Of a stretch of DNA of 64,000 nt, positions 49,328-59,430 are shown in pieces. Each line of letters opens with the position of its first letter. Position 1 is the first letter of the stretch. The position numbers and the translations under genes are program-made. The notes under the pieces are model-generated. The model worked only from the letters and a program-made list of their open reading frames with translations. It searched no databases and was not told the DNA's origin. This stretch comes from a virus, in the IMG/VR virus record IMGVR_UViG_3300025699_000004, one strand, 5' to 3'.

Positions 49328-49531
49328 ATGAATAAAAGAAAAGTTCTCAAAAACATATGCCTAGAGTATGTCGAAGCCAATGATGTTAAAGTTGAGGGCG
49401 AAGAATTATTCGTGCTAGTGCCTTCTAAATATGCGGGCGATTTAATAATGAAACTGGAGCAAAAAGGATGCAAGCTCCAATTTAGCAAAAAGAAGCATTT
49501 CTTGCTGCTTATTTGCTTCTTAATACCCTAA
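49328..49531 (+). CDS. Hypothetical protein (67 aa)
   Basis: First ORF of the + strand glycan operon; ends 1 nt before the next ATG. Confidence 0.55.
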   Translation: MNKRKVLKNICLEYVEANDVKVEGEELFVLVPSKYAGDLIMKLEQKGCKLQFSKKKHFLLLICFLIP

Positions 49532-49532
49532 A

Positions 49533-51065
49533 ATGAAGAAGAAATTGTATTGTTTCTTTACTCCGTCCCACGAGTCATTATTTAATGACTACTTAAAACC
49601 TAGTGCCGAAAAAGAATATGATATAAATTATCTTTTTTACAAAAACCAAATTTGTGAATCTGGAGAATATAGTGAAAGCGGATGGAGGGAGACTCAATAC
49701 AATAAAGTTTTATACTGGATAGATGCGGTGAAAAAAAACTACCAAGATGTAATTGTTTGCTGCGATGTGGATGTTCAGTTTTTGAAACCTAGCTTCGAGT
49801 TACTCGTTCAGGCCTTAGGCTCAGGCGATATCGCTTTTCAATGCAATGATAGTTCTGGGAATATTTGTTCTGGATTTTTTATCTGCAAATGTAACGATAA
49901 GACCCTTTCATTCTTGAAGGAAACAGCCGCAATACTAAAAGGCAAGATGCGTCAAGATGGAGGGGGGGAGCAGTACGTAATGAGAGATATCCTTTTTAAA
50001 GATTCTTGCGATTTAAATTGGGCGGTCATTCCGAGATCAATAGTTTGGTGCCCTTCTGAAAAATACAATGCACTTTCAGCTTTAAAAGTAAATAATAGCC
50101 TAGTTGCCCATCATGCAAACTGGACAAATGGAGTTGATGAAAAAATAAAACAACTTGATTACATTAGAAATCGATTTAATCAAGGCTCATTGGCGGAAAA
50201 GCAATCCAGGATAGCTTTGTGCTCCTCATCCCTTTTAAGGAACCTTGGTCAAACATATGAGAACTTAATAGAGAAAATAATAAAGCCGCTTCCAGAGGCC
50301 CCTGATTTTTTTGGGTTTTTTACCGACAAGTGCGAAACGGAAGAAAATAAGAGGTATTTAAATGAAATAAAAAAACATTGCAATTCAATGCATATTGAAT
50401 TCAAGGAAGACATTATAGATGAGACACTTTGCGATCTTAGCGATGGCTTAAATAGATTCCAGAGACATGGATTAAGGGGCAATATACTTCAGTGGCAGTC
50501 TATGAAAAAGGTCAAGGAGTTAAAGTGCAATTTTGAGAATTTTCACGGAATGACTTACGAGTGCGTTATTTGGACTAGGCCAGATTTGTATTTTTTTAAC
50601 TCCCTGGATAATATTTTAAATTTAAAATTCCATGAAATATATAACTCAGCTCACGACAATCATCTTCACGGGATTTGCGACAGATTCTCATTAGGCTCTT
50701 CGGAGGCTATGGACTCAAGAATGACGATAATTGACTCTTTTAGAGAATGGTTCTTCAACCACAAGAGAGAAGATACTTTTTTTTCAAAAAAAGAACAGAG
50801 GTTTATGTGGAACCCAGAGGTATTTTATCGTGATTACCTGGAGATTTGCGAATTAAATCACGGGAAGTTGAATCTATGTTTCGGTAAATCAAGGGAGAAC
50901 GGAGAGGTCAAGATTCCATTCTGGCATGAAATCTCTGGAAATTCAAACTCTGGACACTCTTGCTCTGAAGATATTATCAATCCTGAGGTTCTCAAAACCA
51001 TTAAAGACAGTGAAGATCTAATCTTAGATAAATATGGAAACTGGATGACAGTTAAAATGAAATGA
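49533..51065 (+). CDS. Nucleotide-diphospho-sugar transferase (GT-A) fused to a second domain (510 aa)
   Basis: CCDVDVQF DxD, ICSGFF, EQ, HHANW; second domain with WTRPDLYF, DRFSLG. Confidence 0.8.
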   Translation: MKKKLYCFFTPSHESLFNDYLKPSAEKEYDINYLFYKNQICESGEYSESGWRETQYNKVLYWIDAVKKNYQDVIVCCDVDVQFLKPSFELLVQALGSGDIAFQCNDSSGNICSGFFICKCNDKTLSFLKETAAILKGKMRQDGGGEQYVMRDILFKDSCDLNWAVIPRSIVWCPSEKYNALSALKVNNSLVAHHANWTNGVDEKIKQLDYIRNRFNQGSLAEKQSRIALCSSSLLRNLGQTYENLIEKIIKPLPEAPDFFGFFTDKCETEENKRYLNEIKKHCNSMHIEFKEDIIDETLCDLSDGLNRFQRHGLRGNILQWQSMKKVKELKCNFENFHGMTYECVIWTRPDLYFFNSLDNILNLKFHEIYNSAHDNHLHGICDRFSLGSSEAMDSRMTIIDSFREWFFNHKREDTFFSKKEQRFMWNPEVFYRDYLEICELNHGKLNLCFGKSRENGEVKIPFWHEISGNSNSGHSCSEDIINPEVLKTIKDSEDLILDKYGNWMTVKMK

Positions 51066-51907
51066 AGAAAACTCGGATTATAGCTGTCTACTTTGGAAGT
51101 TTTCCTTATTACTTCTCCCTCTTCAAGGAAAGTTGTTTTAAGAATAAAAACTTCGAGTGGTTGATATTTAATGATAGTGTGGGAGATAAGCGGGAAAAAA
51201 ATATAAAATATGTAAGGACTTCCCTTAAGGAACTCAGCGAGCTCGCCTCGGAAGCCCTAAGCTGTAAGATCGACCTCAAGGAACCTTACAAGGTATGTGA
51301 CTTAAGACCAATCTTTCCTATTGTTTTTTCCGATTACATTAAGGGTTACGAATTTTGGGGTCACTGCGATCTGGATGTAATTTGGGGAGATATGGGTAAG
51401 TTTTTGGATTACGAATTTCCCTGGGAAAATGATATAATATCTGCCGATAGAAGAAGGGTTTGCGGTCCATTTTCATTATTTAAAATTTCAGACCAAATGA
51501 AATACCTATATAAAGATATCGATGATTATATTGATATATTAAATTCAGAAGAATCTGGAATTATAGATGAGCTAGAATTTAACCAAGTTAACGAACCTAA
51601 AAGATGCACTCAGACAATAGATACGAAGAAATATAAAGTTTTTTGCGGCCACGATATTTCAGGCAAGTTTATATCACTACAAAGGTATAGCACGGACAGA
51701 GCTCCAGCTTACTGGAAGAGTGGGAAATTATTCATTGAAAAATATTTTAAAAATCTAGTGGTCGATGGTAACAATTTTCATGGATTCGGGGCGGAAACAA
51801 TGATGCTTCATGTAAGAAAATGGCATTATGTGGATTGTAAAAAAAAGTCAATACATCACAAGGATGAAAGTGTTGATATTTACAAGCAATGGGCTAATAC
51901 CCATTAA
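51062..51907 (+). CDS. Polysaccharide-locus GT-like protein (DUF6625-like, 281 aa)
   Basis: YFGSFPYYFSLF, PYKVCDLRP, FWGHCDLDVIWGD. Confidence 0.7.
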   Translation: MKKTRIIAVYFGSFPYYFSLFKESCFKNKNFEWLIFNDSVGDKREKNIKYVRTSLKELSELASEALSCKIDLKEPYKVCDLRPIFPIVFSDYIKGYEFWGHCDLDVIWGDMGKFLDYEFPWENDIISADRRRVCGPFSLFKISDQMKYLYKDIDDYIDILNSEESGIIDELEFNQVNEPKRCTQTIDTKKYKVFCGHDISGKFISLQRYSTDRAPAYWKSGKLFIEKYFKNLVVDGNNFHGFGAETMMLHVRKWHYVDCKKKSIHHKDESVDIYKQWANTH

Positions 51908-51914
51908 GGTTTTA

Positions 51915-51920
51915 GTGTAA
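51915..51920 (+). promoter_or_regulatory. GTGTA motif
   Basis: GTGTAA 9 nt before a fucosyltransferase-like gene. Confidence 0.6.
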
Positions 51921-51929
51921 TATATTTTT

Positions 51930-52826
51930 ATGCCTAATTTCAATTCGAGTCCGTATCTATCTACTTCCCTTGTTGATGTTAGGGAAAATCCAAGGCATTA
52001 CTCCAAGAGCTTTTTGGAATTTGGGATAATTGCCAATTTGGGCCGAGGAGGGTTCTGCAACCAAATAATACAAATCGTACATGCCGAAAGCATTTCTCAA
52101 ATACTAAAGGAAGAGTTTTCTCGAAATGTTGATTATTACATAGGCAAATTCCCGAAACTGAAAAATAAAAATTTTAATAATGTTTTTTCTTACATAGATT
52201 CAGATAAAAGAATTGATTCAGGAGGCTCGTGCAACTTCTTCCTCCAAAGAGGTTGGGGCTTATTGGACGAGAAAGCGGCAAGTAGGGCTCACAGAGTTCT
52301 TCAAATAATGGGGGTAAAAATAAATAAAAAAGAATACATGAACAGGTATTCTGCAAATTTTAAAAAAATAAAATTTAAAAAAAATATACTAAAAGAAGCT
52401 GACGATTTTTCTTCGATAAATGATATCGACTTCGAGTTAACTTTGGGAATTCATTTAAGAACTAACGATCACGATCCTAAAAAAGGTAAATTTTTTAAGC
52501 GTAATGACTTTGATAAATGCATTTCGAGCATAAACAAAACACTTAAGCTTAAAAATTTAAAATGCGTCTATATCTCAGGAACGGACAGGACGAATCGAAA
52601 TTTCGACAATAAGGTGGGCCTACATAGCGAAGTTGTAAAATATTATAAAGATAAAAATATTAAAATTATTTCTGATAACGAAAGCTCCTACATAAGAGAT
52701 TCGCCCGAATGGATAAGGGACTTAATAATTTTATCAAAATGTAGATTTTCTACAGGACATCAGGCTTCTACTTTTAGTTTTCTTCCGTCCTTCCTTGGGG
52801 ATTCTGAATTTATACCTATAAAATGA
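51930..52826 (+). CDS. Fucosyltransferase-like GT-B enzyme (298 aa)
   Basis: GGFCNQI, LGIHLRTND, DLIILSKC, STFSF. Confidence 0.7.
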   Translation: MPNFNSSPYLSTSLVDVRENPRHYSKSFLEFGIIANLGRGGFCNQIIQIVHAESISQILKEEFSRNVDYYIGKFPKLKNKNFNNVFSYIDSDKRIDSGGSCNFFLQRGWGLLDEKAASRAHRVLQIMGVKINKKEYMNRYSANFKKIKFKKNILKEADDFSSINDIDFELTLGIHLRTNDHDPKKGKFFKRNDFDKCISSINKTLKLKNLKCVYISGTDRTNRNFDNKVGLHSEVVKYYKDKNIKIISDNESSYIRDSPEWIRDLIILSKCRFSTGHQASTFSFLPSFLGDSEFIPIK

Positions 52827-53683
52827 AACTGGGTTTATGCTTCTTAATTAGAGATTCAATTAATCTAGAAAAGGAATTGTGGGTGAATTTCTTAAAAAAT
52901 GTTAACCGTGATTCTTTTGGAATCTATGTCCACCATAAGCATTTGGGAGAACATACAAATTTCGTGAGTGACCTGCCCAATGCAAAAGATTGTACCAATA
53001 TAATTCCCACTGCTAGAGGGTACCCTAGTTTAGTCGATGCAACTAGAAATCTTTTTTTAGATGCGTTTAACGATGGCTGCGATTATGCATATCTTATATC
53101 AGGAGACATGATTCCTCTTTGTAGCTTTGGTCAGTTACAAGAAATATCAAAAGAAACCCTGTTCCAGTTCTTAGAGACAAAAGATATAAAAAGATATTGC
53201 AATCATTGTAAAAAATTACTGGCAGATGACCATTTCGTAAGAAGAACTTTGTTTGTTTGGGAAAAAAGGTACGAAGAACACTACGAGAGGAATGCTAATT
53301 CTAGAATCAAAGAAATAGCCCCTTCTTTTCATGATTACAAAAAACAATTCATGTTTTTCGGAATGAATAAAGAGTCTTTTTTGAAAATAGAAAGTGATTA
53401 TAATTTTCCAAAATATAAAAAATTAAATGGTTGGCACTGGGGAATAGATGAATTTTACTGGATAAATATATGCAATTATTTAAATATTAAATATAAAAAA
53501 ATTGATAACTTATTATTTTGCAACAGAGATCCGATAGAAACTCAAGCCGAGCATATTGATTTTTGCAACTCATTTTCCAAAAACATCCGTAAGTTTTTCT
53601 TTGCTAGGAAGATAGCTTATATAGATAAAATTCAACAAGAAGAAATTATTAATATGTATAATAGTAAAAATATTAATTTATAA
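52823..53683 (+). CDS. Core-2/I-branching (GT14-like) glycosyltransferase (286 aa)
   Basis: FGIYVH, SLVDAT..L, YLISGDMIPL, DEFY. Confidence 0.75.
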   Translation: MKLGLCFLIRDSINLEKELWVNFLKNVNRDSFGIYVHHKHLGEHTNFVSDLPNAKDCTNIIPTARGYPSLVDATRNLFLDAFNDGCDYAYLISGDMIPLCSFGQLQEISKETLFQFLETKDIKRYCNHCKKLLADDHFVRRTLFVWEKRYEEHYERNANSRIKEIAPSFHDYKKQFMFFGMNKESFLKIESDYNFPKYKKLNGWHWGIDEFYWINICNYLNIKYKKIDNLLFCNRDPIETQAEHIDFCNSFSKNIRKFFFARKIAYIDKIQQEEIINMYNSKNINL

Positions 53684-53684
53684 A

Positions 53685-53690
53685 GTGTAT
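53685..53690 (+). promoter_or_regulatory. GTGTA motif
   Basis: GTGTAT 11 nt before the GT32-like gene. Confidence 0.6.
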
Positions 53691-53701
53691 CTATATTATA
53701 T

Positions 53702-54568
53702 ATGCGAACTGTTTTTTGTTACTGGAACAGAGGGGTCAATTGCATGCCCCCTCCAATTAGAATAATTTACGAAAGAAATTGTAGATTACTGAAATCATTT
53801 GGGTTGAAATTCAGACTTGTTTCTGATGAGAATGCTTCTGAGTTTGTAGGAATTCTTCCTGATTTTTTTGAAAATCTTTCGCCCAATCATAAGAGTGATT
53901 TTTTAAGGTGGGAAATTCTTTATAAGCACGGAGGTGTTTGGCTGGATACCGATATTATTTTATACAAAGACATAACTCCTCTTTTTGAAAAACTTTATGA
54001 TTTTGATTCTGTGGATGTTTTATTAAATATAGAATACAGATCAAAAATACATAATATATTGCAGGAAAACTGTGTGGAAGAATTGGTGGTATACGAAGAT
54101 TTCTACATAAAGCCTGCTTGCTGTGTGGTTTTTGCGAAGCCAAAGTCAGATTTTATTAAATTCTGCAAAGAAAATACTTTAGAAAAAATAAGCTCCAGCC
54201 TTCACTTGGACTGGTGGGACATCGGACCGTGTATGATATCTAAAGCATATAGGAATAATAAATCTTTGGCATATATATTAAACAATTCAGAGATGGACGA
54301 GTTGGGCTTTAATGCTGTCACCTGGAAGGTGGACCTTAGCTTGCCTACTATTTTAAATAATTACCCTGGATATAATAAGTCTCAATGGTACGGCTCCCCA
54401 CCAACAGTCGCCCAGAAAGCAAAAAGAATGATCTTGAATGAAAATTTCTTTTATTTACCTATATGGTCTATACATAAAAGAAATAATGGAGACCAAAAGA
54501 ATATTGAAAGTGTATTATTTCAAGAGGAGAGATCTCTTTTTTATCAACTTAACAAACTGTCTAAATAA
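53702..54568 (+). CDS. GT32-like DxD glycosyltransferase (288 aa)
   Basis: SDFLRWEILYKHGGVWLDTDI, W..IGP. Confidence 0.88.
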   Translation: MRTVFCYWNRGVNCMPPPIRIIYERNCRLLKSFGLKFRLVSDENASEFVGILPDFFENLSPNHKSDFLRWEILYKHGGVWLDTDIILYKDITPLFEKLYDFDSVDVLLNIEYRSKIHNILQENCVEELVVYEDFYIKPACCVVFAKPKSDFIKFCKENTLEKISSSLHLDWWDIGPCMISKAYRNNKSLAYILNNSEMDELGFNAVTWKVDLSLPTILNNYPGYNKSQWYGSPPTVAQKAKRMILNENFFYLPIWSIHKRNNGDQKNIESVLFQEERSLFYQLNKLSK

Positions 54569-56358
54569 TGAAATTAGGATTTTTAATATGGAAATTTCCA
54601 GCACAAGCCAACACTTTTATAGTTAATGAAATAAAAGAGTTTATTAAATCTGGAAGGCATGATTACCATATTTATTCTTTAGATAAACCAAGTTCTTATA
54701 CATTTGATATATTTAAAGAAGATTTAGATTTTATAGACCGTGATAAAATCACATATATAAAAAAGGAAGGGCTGATGATGGAAAAGATTATTCGCCTGTC
54801 AGAAGTTCCCTTTCACTCAAAACTAAAAGACTCAGATATCCATTCTGCTAAAGAGATTCATGACATTGAAGAAATCAAACATAAATCAATAGCCAATAAA
54901 TTTGCATTCTCTAATTTAGCCAAAAGAATACATGAGGATGGAGTAAAAGCTATTTACTCGCCTTTTGGTAATTATACTTCCGATATAGCTATGATGTTGA
55001 AAGTTCATTACGGAATACCTTATATGTTCTCTGTACATGCGTATGATTTATTCACCGAATTTAATTATCAGAAGCAAAAAGCTAAAACATGCCATAAAGC
55101 ACTTCCTATATCAGAATATAATAAAAAATATTTAAAAGATTTAGACTTCCCTTCTATAAAGACTACAGTTAAAAGGATAAATTTCAGAAGCGAGTCGAGC
55201 AGCATTGTTGAATATAAGTCGGAATATAAATATATTTTTTCCGCCAGCAGGCTTGACCCTATGAAAGGTTATGAATATTCTATAAAAGCTTTTTCTGAAT
55301 TTTTGAAATCTAATCCTGACTACCGTTATTACATAGCAGGAAGAGGCGATCAGGAATACGAATTGTTTTTAAAAAAAATTGTTAAGGATTTATCAATAGA
55401 GGATAAAGTTCATTTTTTAGGTTTCATAAGTAACGAGGAAGTTATTTCATATATAAAAGGAGCTCGATTTACAATTCTTTCCTCTGTTGAATTAAGTAAT
55501 AGCGATAAAGAGGGTATACCCACATTTTTTATAGAAAGTTTGTCGAACGGAATTCCTGCCATTGGATCAAAATTATCAGGTATACCTGAGTTGCTAAACG
55601 ATGATGTAGGGGGGTTATCCGAACAGGCTGATATTGATAGCATAGTGTATCAAATGGAAAGACTGGCTTCATTATTGAATAGGAAAATTGAAAAAAGAAA
55701 GATGAGAAGACAGTGCAGGATGAAGGTCTCTAGTATGTATGATAATCTTGCGAATATAAATATATTAAATGATACATTAGACTCATTGTCTGTAGAGGAT
55801 TTTTTCTGTTATAATAATTTAGAGCTAGACCCCTTTATTCCTATAGAAAATCCCGGTTTGGATAGTATCCTTTTAAATCAAAAACCTATTTCAAAAGATA
55901 AAACTTTTATCTATAATCCATACAATATTAAGATTTGGAAAATTGATAATTTTCCATATAAAAATATACAAGATTGTAATATCAATAAATATAAAAAACT
56001 TATAAATGAGAAGTATTCATGGTTTAATTATGAAGGAGGATGTGTTAAAGATTTAAAAACTTATTTTAATATTGTAAAAAATAGTAATAATATTATAATT
56101 AACAATGATCTTAGCTTTGTAATACTTAATCATTTATTCCCCAATAGTAAATTTATATTATATGTACCTGAAAATCTGGAATGGGTAAGAGAGAAAATGA
56201 TAAAGAATGGTTGGTGCCAGGGGGACTTAAAGGTTATAGATTCGACGGTTAAAGGCGGAGAAGCGGTTCTTGAATTAATGCAGAAATGCATGAAAAAAAT
56301 AATAGACGAAGATTCTCTAGAAATAATAAAAATAAATGACAAAGAGCTCGAAAGATAA
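54568..56358 (+). CDS. GT4-like glycosyltransferase with extra C-terminal domain (596 aa)
   Basis: FSVHAYDLF, SRLDPMKG, EGIPTFFIESLSNGIPAIGS..SGIPEL. Confidence 0.88.
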   Translation: MKLGFLIWKFPAQANTFIVNEIKEFIKSGRHDYHIYSLDKPSSYTFDIFKEDLDFIDRDKITYIKKEGLMMEKIIRLSEVPFHSKLKDSDIHSAKEIHDIEEIKHKSIANKFAFSNLAKRIHEDGVKAIYSPFGNYTSDIAMMLKVHYGIPYMFSVHAYDLFTEFNYQKQKAKTCHKALPISEYNKKYLKDLDFPSIKTTVKRINFRSESSSIVEYKSEYKYIFSASRLDPMKGYEYSIKAFSEFLKSNPDYRYYIAGRGDQEYELFLKKIVKDLSIEDKVHFLGFISNEEVISYIKGARFTILSSVELSNSDKEGIPTFFIESLSNGIPAIGSKLSGIPELLNDDVGGLSEQADIDSIVYQMERLASLLNRKIEKRKMRRQCRMKVSSMYDNLANINILNDTLDSLSVEDFFCYNNLELDPFIPIENPGLDSILLNQKPISKDKTFIYNPYNIKIWKIDNFPYKNIQDCNINKYKKLINEKYSWFNYEGGCVKDLKTYFNIVKNSNNIIINNDLSFVILNHLFPNSKFILYVPENLEWVREKMIKNGWCQGDLKVIDSTVKGGEAVLELMQKCMKKIIDEDSLEIIKINDKELER

Positions 56359-56863
56359 AGGTAATGCTTGGGAGCTTGAATTAGCTAAAATATTAGAAGA
56401 TAACTTTGAAGGAAAATTTAGTAGGACTCCTAGATCTGGCGCGATTTTTGGAGGGTCTAATGCAGAGAAAGCGGAAGGAGAAAGGGAAGATGTGGTTGAA
56501 ATACTTTCTGGAGACTTAATAACCCCCAAAGACTTTCCCTTCTTGGTGGAAGCCAAACACTATGAAGATTTTAAGTTCTCGCAAGTAATAAATGGTCAAA
56601 ACAAAGAGTTCGACGGATGGATAGATCAAGCTAGCACAGATGCGGAAAGATGCTCTAAACTTCCAATGATATTTTGTAAAATTAATTATATTGGAATATA
56701 TTGTATATTTGAATATAAGATATTATCATTAGATAGCGGTATTTGCCCTACTACATATTTCTCTAATCATTTAATATATAAAAGAAAATGGATAATGATA
56801 TCTATGGAAACTTTTTTAAATTATAAAAATATAATAGTTGATATGGCCAGACTTAAATCTTAA
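56336..56863 (+). CDS. Holliday junction resolvase-like PD-(D/E)xK nuclease (175 aa)
   Basis: SKDKGNAWELELAK, RTPRSGA, GDLI, VEAKHY. Confidence 0.85.
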   Translation: MTKSSKDKGNAWELELAKILEDNFEGKFSRTPRSGAIFGGSNAEKAEGEREDVVEILSGDLITPKDFPFLVEAKHYEDFKFSQVINGQNKEFDGWIDQASTDAERCSKLPMIFCKINYIGIYCIFEYKILSLDSGICPTTYFSNHLIYKRKWIMISMETFLNYKNIIVDMARLKS

Positions 56864-57504
56864 GCGTTATTCCTCATTTGCCTTATAAGCCCAGAAAAAG
56901 AAGACCAGCCTGTGCCTTTGAACCTTTTAGCCCCTATGCACAAATACAAGTCTATAACAGAATCTTCTAAAGATGTGTGTCTGAATCCAGATTTTTGTAT
57001 AAATTTAATATATTTTATAAGAGGCGCGAATTTATCATAAAATATTTTCTGCGTTTCTAAATTATCTGTAGCTATATATAATGGCCTATCTTTATTATTA
57101 TCTATAAAATTAAAAAACAATTCGTCTGGTTGATATATATTTCTCTGCTTTCTTATTAATACATGATCTGTTCTTCTTATATGAACTGCATTGTAATCTA
57201 GCGATAGTTTGCCCTGAACCTCTTTAACTTTTTGCATAATTTCTTTCTTAACCTTTAGATCTTTATATAAAAACATTTTGTTAGCGTCGAAATTATGCCT
57301 ACATATACCGTAAGTAGGGCTAGATGTCGTATTATTAAAGAAAACTCCTTCTGGGGGCTCGAATAACTCCAGAAAGTGACCAGGGCAATCTTCGTCTGGG
57401 GTCCAATTAACAAAAAGCTCTTCTTTTTTCTGTTTACAATATTCCAGATGAGAAAAAAGGCTTCTTAGTCTGTTAGACAAACCTAAGTTTACGGTAATCT
57501 GCAT
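56860..57504 (-). CDS. Fucosyltransferase-like GT-B enzyme (214 aa)
   Basis: GLSNRLR, AVHIRRTD, YIATD, IDLYLC, WSSFS. Confidence 0.8.
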   Translation of the reverse strand: MQITVNLGLSNRLRSLFSHLEYCKQKKEELFVNWTPDEDCPGHFLELFEPPEGVFFNNTTSSPTYGICRHNFDANKMFLYKDLKVKKEIMQKVKEVQGKLSLDYNAVHIRRTDHVLIRKQRNIYQPDELFFNFIDNNKDRPLYIATDNLETQKIFYDKFAPLIKYIKFIQKSGFRHTSLEDSVIDLYLCIGAKRFKGTGWSSFSGLIRQMRNNA

Positions 57505-57506
57505 TT

Positions 57507-58085
57507 TTAAAAATCATAAGGGAATAAATTTAAGTCTTGTTCAAATCTTTTTTCTATAATTTTTATTGTTTCTGAATTGTAATACTCTTTATAATTCCCT
57601 CTATTTGAAGAATTTATTTTTTTAATAGGTTGGCTGTATTCTATATTGTTCTTTTCACATATATATTTCATATCTTCATTTATAGTTTCTAATCTTCCTA
57701 CGTAATTCAAAGATATATTTTCCTTATTTAATAAAAAGCCTAATATCGATAAGGGGTCTTGAGTTGACCACTTTTCACCATCAACCGTTTTATTCTCCCA
57801 GTGATTAGGCAGCCCTTTTCTTACCCAGTGATCAAAACCCTGTTTGTTTTTAGGTTCGTATGGGTCGCCATGATGATGAAAATACCAAGAAACCATCCTG
57901 TCCCAAGGATTTCTTATAAAGGTGAACTTAAAGAACTTCTCTAGTTCGTCATAAGACAGGTCTGACGAATACTTTCTTAGTGTCTCGTGCCTAAGTCCAT
58001 TCCACCCAAAAAACCTCTCTATAGAGACTCCAGCGCATTTAGGAATATGTATAAAAATTAAGTTGGGATCTTTTTTTATCACCAC
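57507..58085 (-). CDS. Sulfotransferase (Sulfotransfer_2-like), copy 1 (192 aa)
   Basis: FIHIPKCAGVSI and RNPWDRMVSWY; start may be the second GTG at 58082. Confidence 0.9.
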   Translation of the reverse strand: MVIKKDPNLIFIHIPKCAGVSIERFFGWNGLRHETLRKYSSDLSYDELEKFFKFTFIRNPWDRMVSWYFHHHGDPYEPKNKQGFDHWVRKGLPNHWENKTVDGEKWSTQDPLSILGFLLNKENISLNYVGRLETINEDMKYICEKNNIEYSQPIKKINSSNRGNYKEYYNSETIKIIEKRFEQDLNLFPYDF

Positions 58086-58100
58086 TTATTATAAAATAAA

Positions 58101-59429
58101 TTAGTGATATTTAAATAATTTCCTAATATCTCTTACGACATAACTTCCGAACCTATTATCATACCTATTGTCAAAAAGATAATTAGAAGGGTGTAGGGCT
58201 ATACATGTTCCATTTATAAAATTTTTAAAATTCATTCCTGGATCTTCTAGTAGTTGGTGCCATGTTAATCGATTTCCGCCAGTCCTGTAAGGAATCCTTA
58301 AGCTTAATTTAGGATTAAGTTGTATTGCTGAATTTTTCTTAACATATCTAATTTCTGAATTATGTATATGTATGCAATTTACAAAACCATGAAATCCTAT
58401 ATTATACAATTCAAGCCCTTCTAACTTCAATGCACTTAAAAATTGCTGCTCGCAATGAAGTGTTCCTAGGGGAAGTTCTGAGAAATTAGTAGTAATTAAA
58501 TCTGCGGTTTTTTTTGTAAAAGCCCATGCATCGGAACTGTAAGGAGGCATTCTGGAAGATTGTTCGCTATGTTCTCTTACTATTAATTTTCCCACTTTCT
58601 TCGTGCCATTTAATCTGCTGGATGGAACTATACTACCATCAGCCATCTCGTCTTGCCTAGTCATTGATAATAAAAACTTATCTGTGTAATTTATTTTTTT
58701 TAAAATACCCACCGTCTTATCAAAATAGCAATCTGAATTGCACAGTAAATAAACCGAATCGCCATTCCCATGATTTCTCGCGTATTTTAATGCAGCCTCA
58801 TAATTAAGTCTTACTGGAGACACTATTATGTCAACCTTTTTCTTCAAGGAACTCGGAATCCCTAGCTTTTTCAATAAAGAAATCGTACTATCCGAAATGA
58901 CTGAATTGTACCTCCTGCTAGGTTGATCCACAAAAATAACAATTTTATCAATCAGCTCATTTTTAACATTTAATAAAATGCTTTTTTTTAACTCATTAAA
59001 TCTTTCCTTGCTTTTTTCCGAGTATATAGAAGTTATTAATGTTATTTCTTGTTTAGAGTCTCTCGTTGGTACTTCCTGGTGATTAATTTTTTTAATTTTT
59101 ACCAAAGATTCTTTCTCAGTTAAATCAACTAAGCATTTTATGGTATTTTTCTCGACGTAATCTGCGTAAATTTTCCTAATTATTTTTTCGCAGGGTTCAG
59201 AAAATTTTTCTCCGTGAATATGACTTTCTATTAGAGGCCAAAGATATTCATTCTTCCATTTGATCGTAAAGTCGTTAGATAATATTTCTTCTACAGAATC
59301 CTTCGATAGTGCTTCTGGGTTGTTTTGAGCTATGGAAATAAGCACAGGTCTTATCTCGTGCAGCATGCTTATGAAATTATAACTTTCAGTTATGCTCCCG
59401 CAACATTCACATACATTAATCTTCCTCAT
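58101..59429 (-). CDS. GT-A-like glycosyltransferase with N-terminal extension (442 aa)
   Basis: YLLCNSDCYFD, SSDAW.F, HIHNS; N-terminal CECC. Confidence 0.65.
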   Translation of the reverse strand: MRKINVCECCGSITESYNFISMLHEIRPVLISIAQNNPEALSKDSVEEILSNDFTIKWKNEYLWPLIESHIHGEKFSEPCEKIIRKIYADYVEKNTIKCLVDLTEKESLVKIKKINHQEVPTRDSKQEITLITSIYSEKSKERFNELKKSILLNVKNELIDKIVIFVDQPSRRYNSVISDSTISLLKKLGIPSSLKKKVDIIVSPVRLNYEAALKYARNHGNGDSVYLLCNSDCYFDKTVGILKKINYTDKFLLSMTRQDEMADGSIVPSSRLNGTKKVGKLIVREHSEQSSRMPPYSSDAWAFTKKTADLITTNFSELPLGTLHCEQQFLSALKLEGLELYNIGFHGFVNCIHIHNSEIRYVKKNSAIQLNPKLSLRIPYRTGGNRLTWHQLLEDPGMNFKNFINGTCIALHPSNYLFDNRYDNRFGSYVVRDIRKLFKYH

Positions 59430-59430
59430 T

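Noticed and set aside
49195-49488. 97-aa minus-strand ORF
   Set aside because: Overlaps both the lipoprotein gene and the + strand 67-aa gene, and has no motif.
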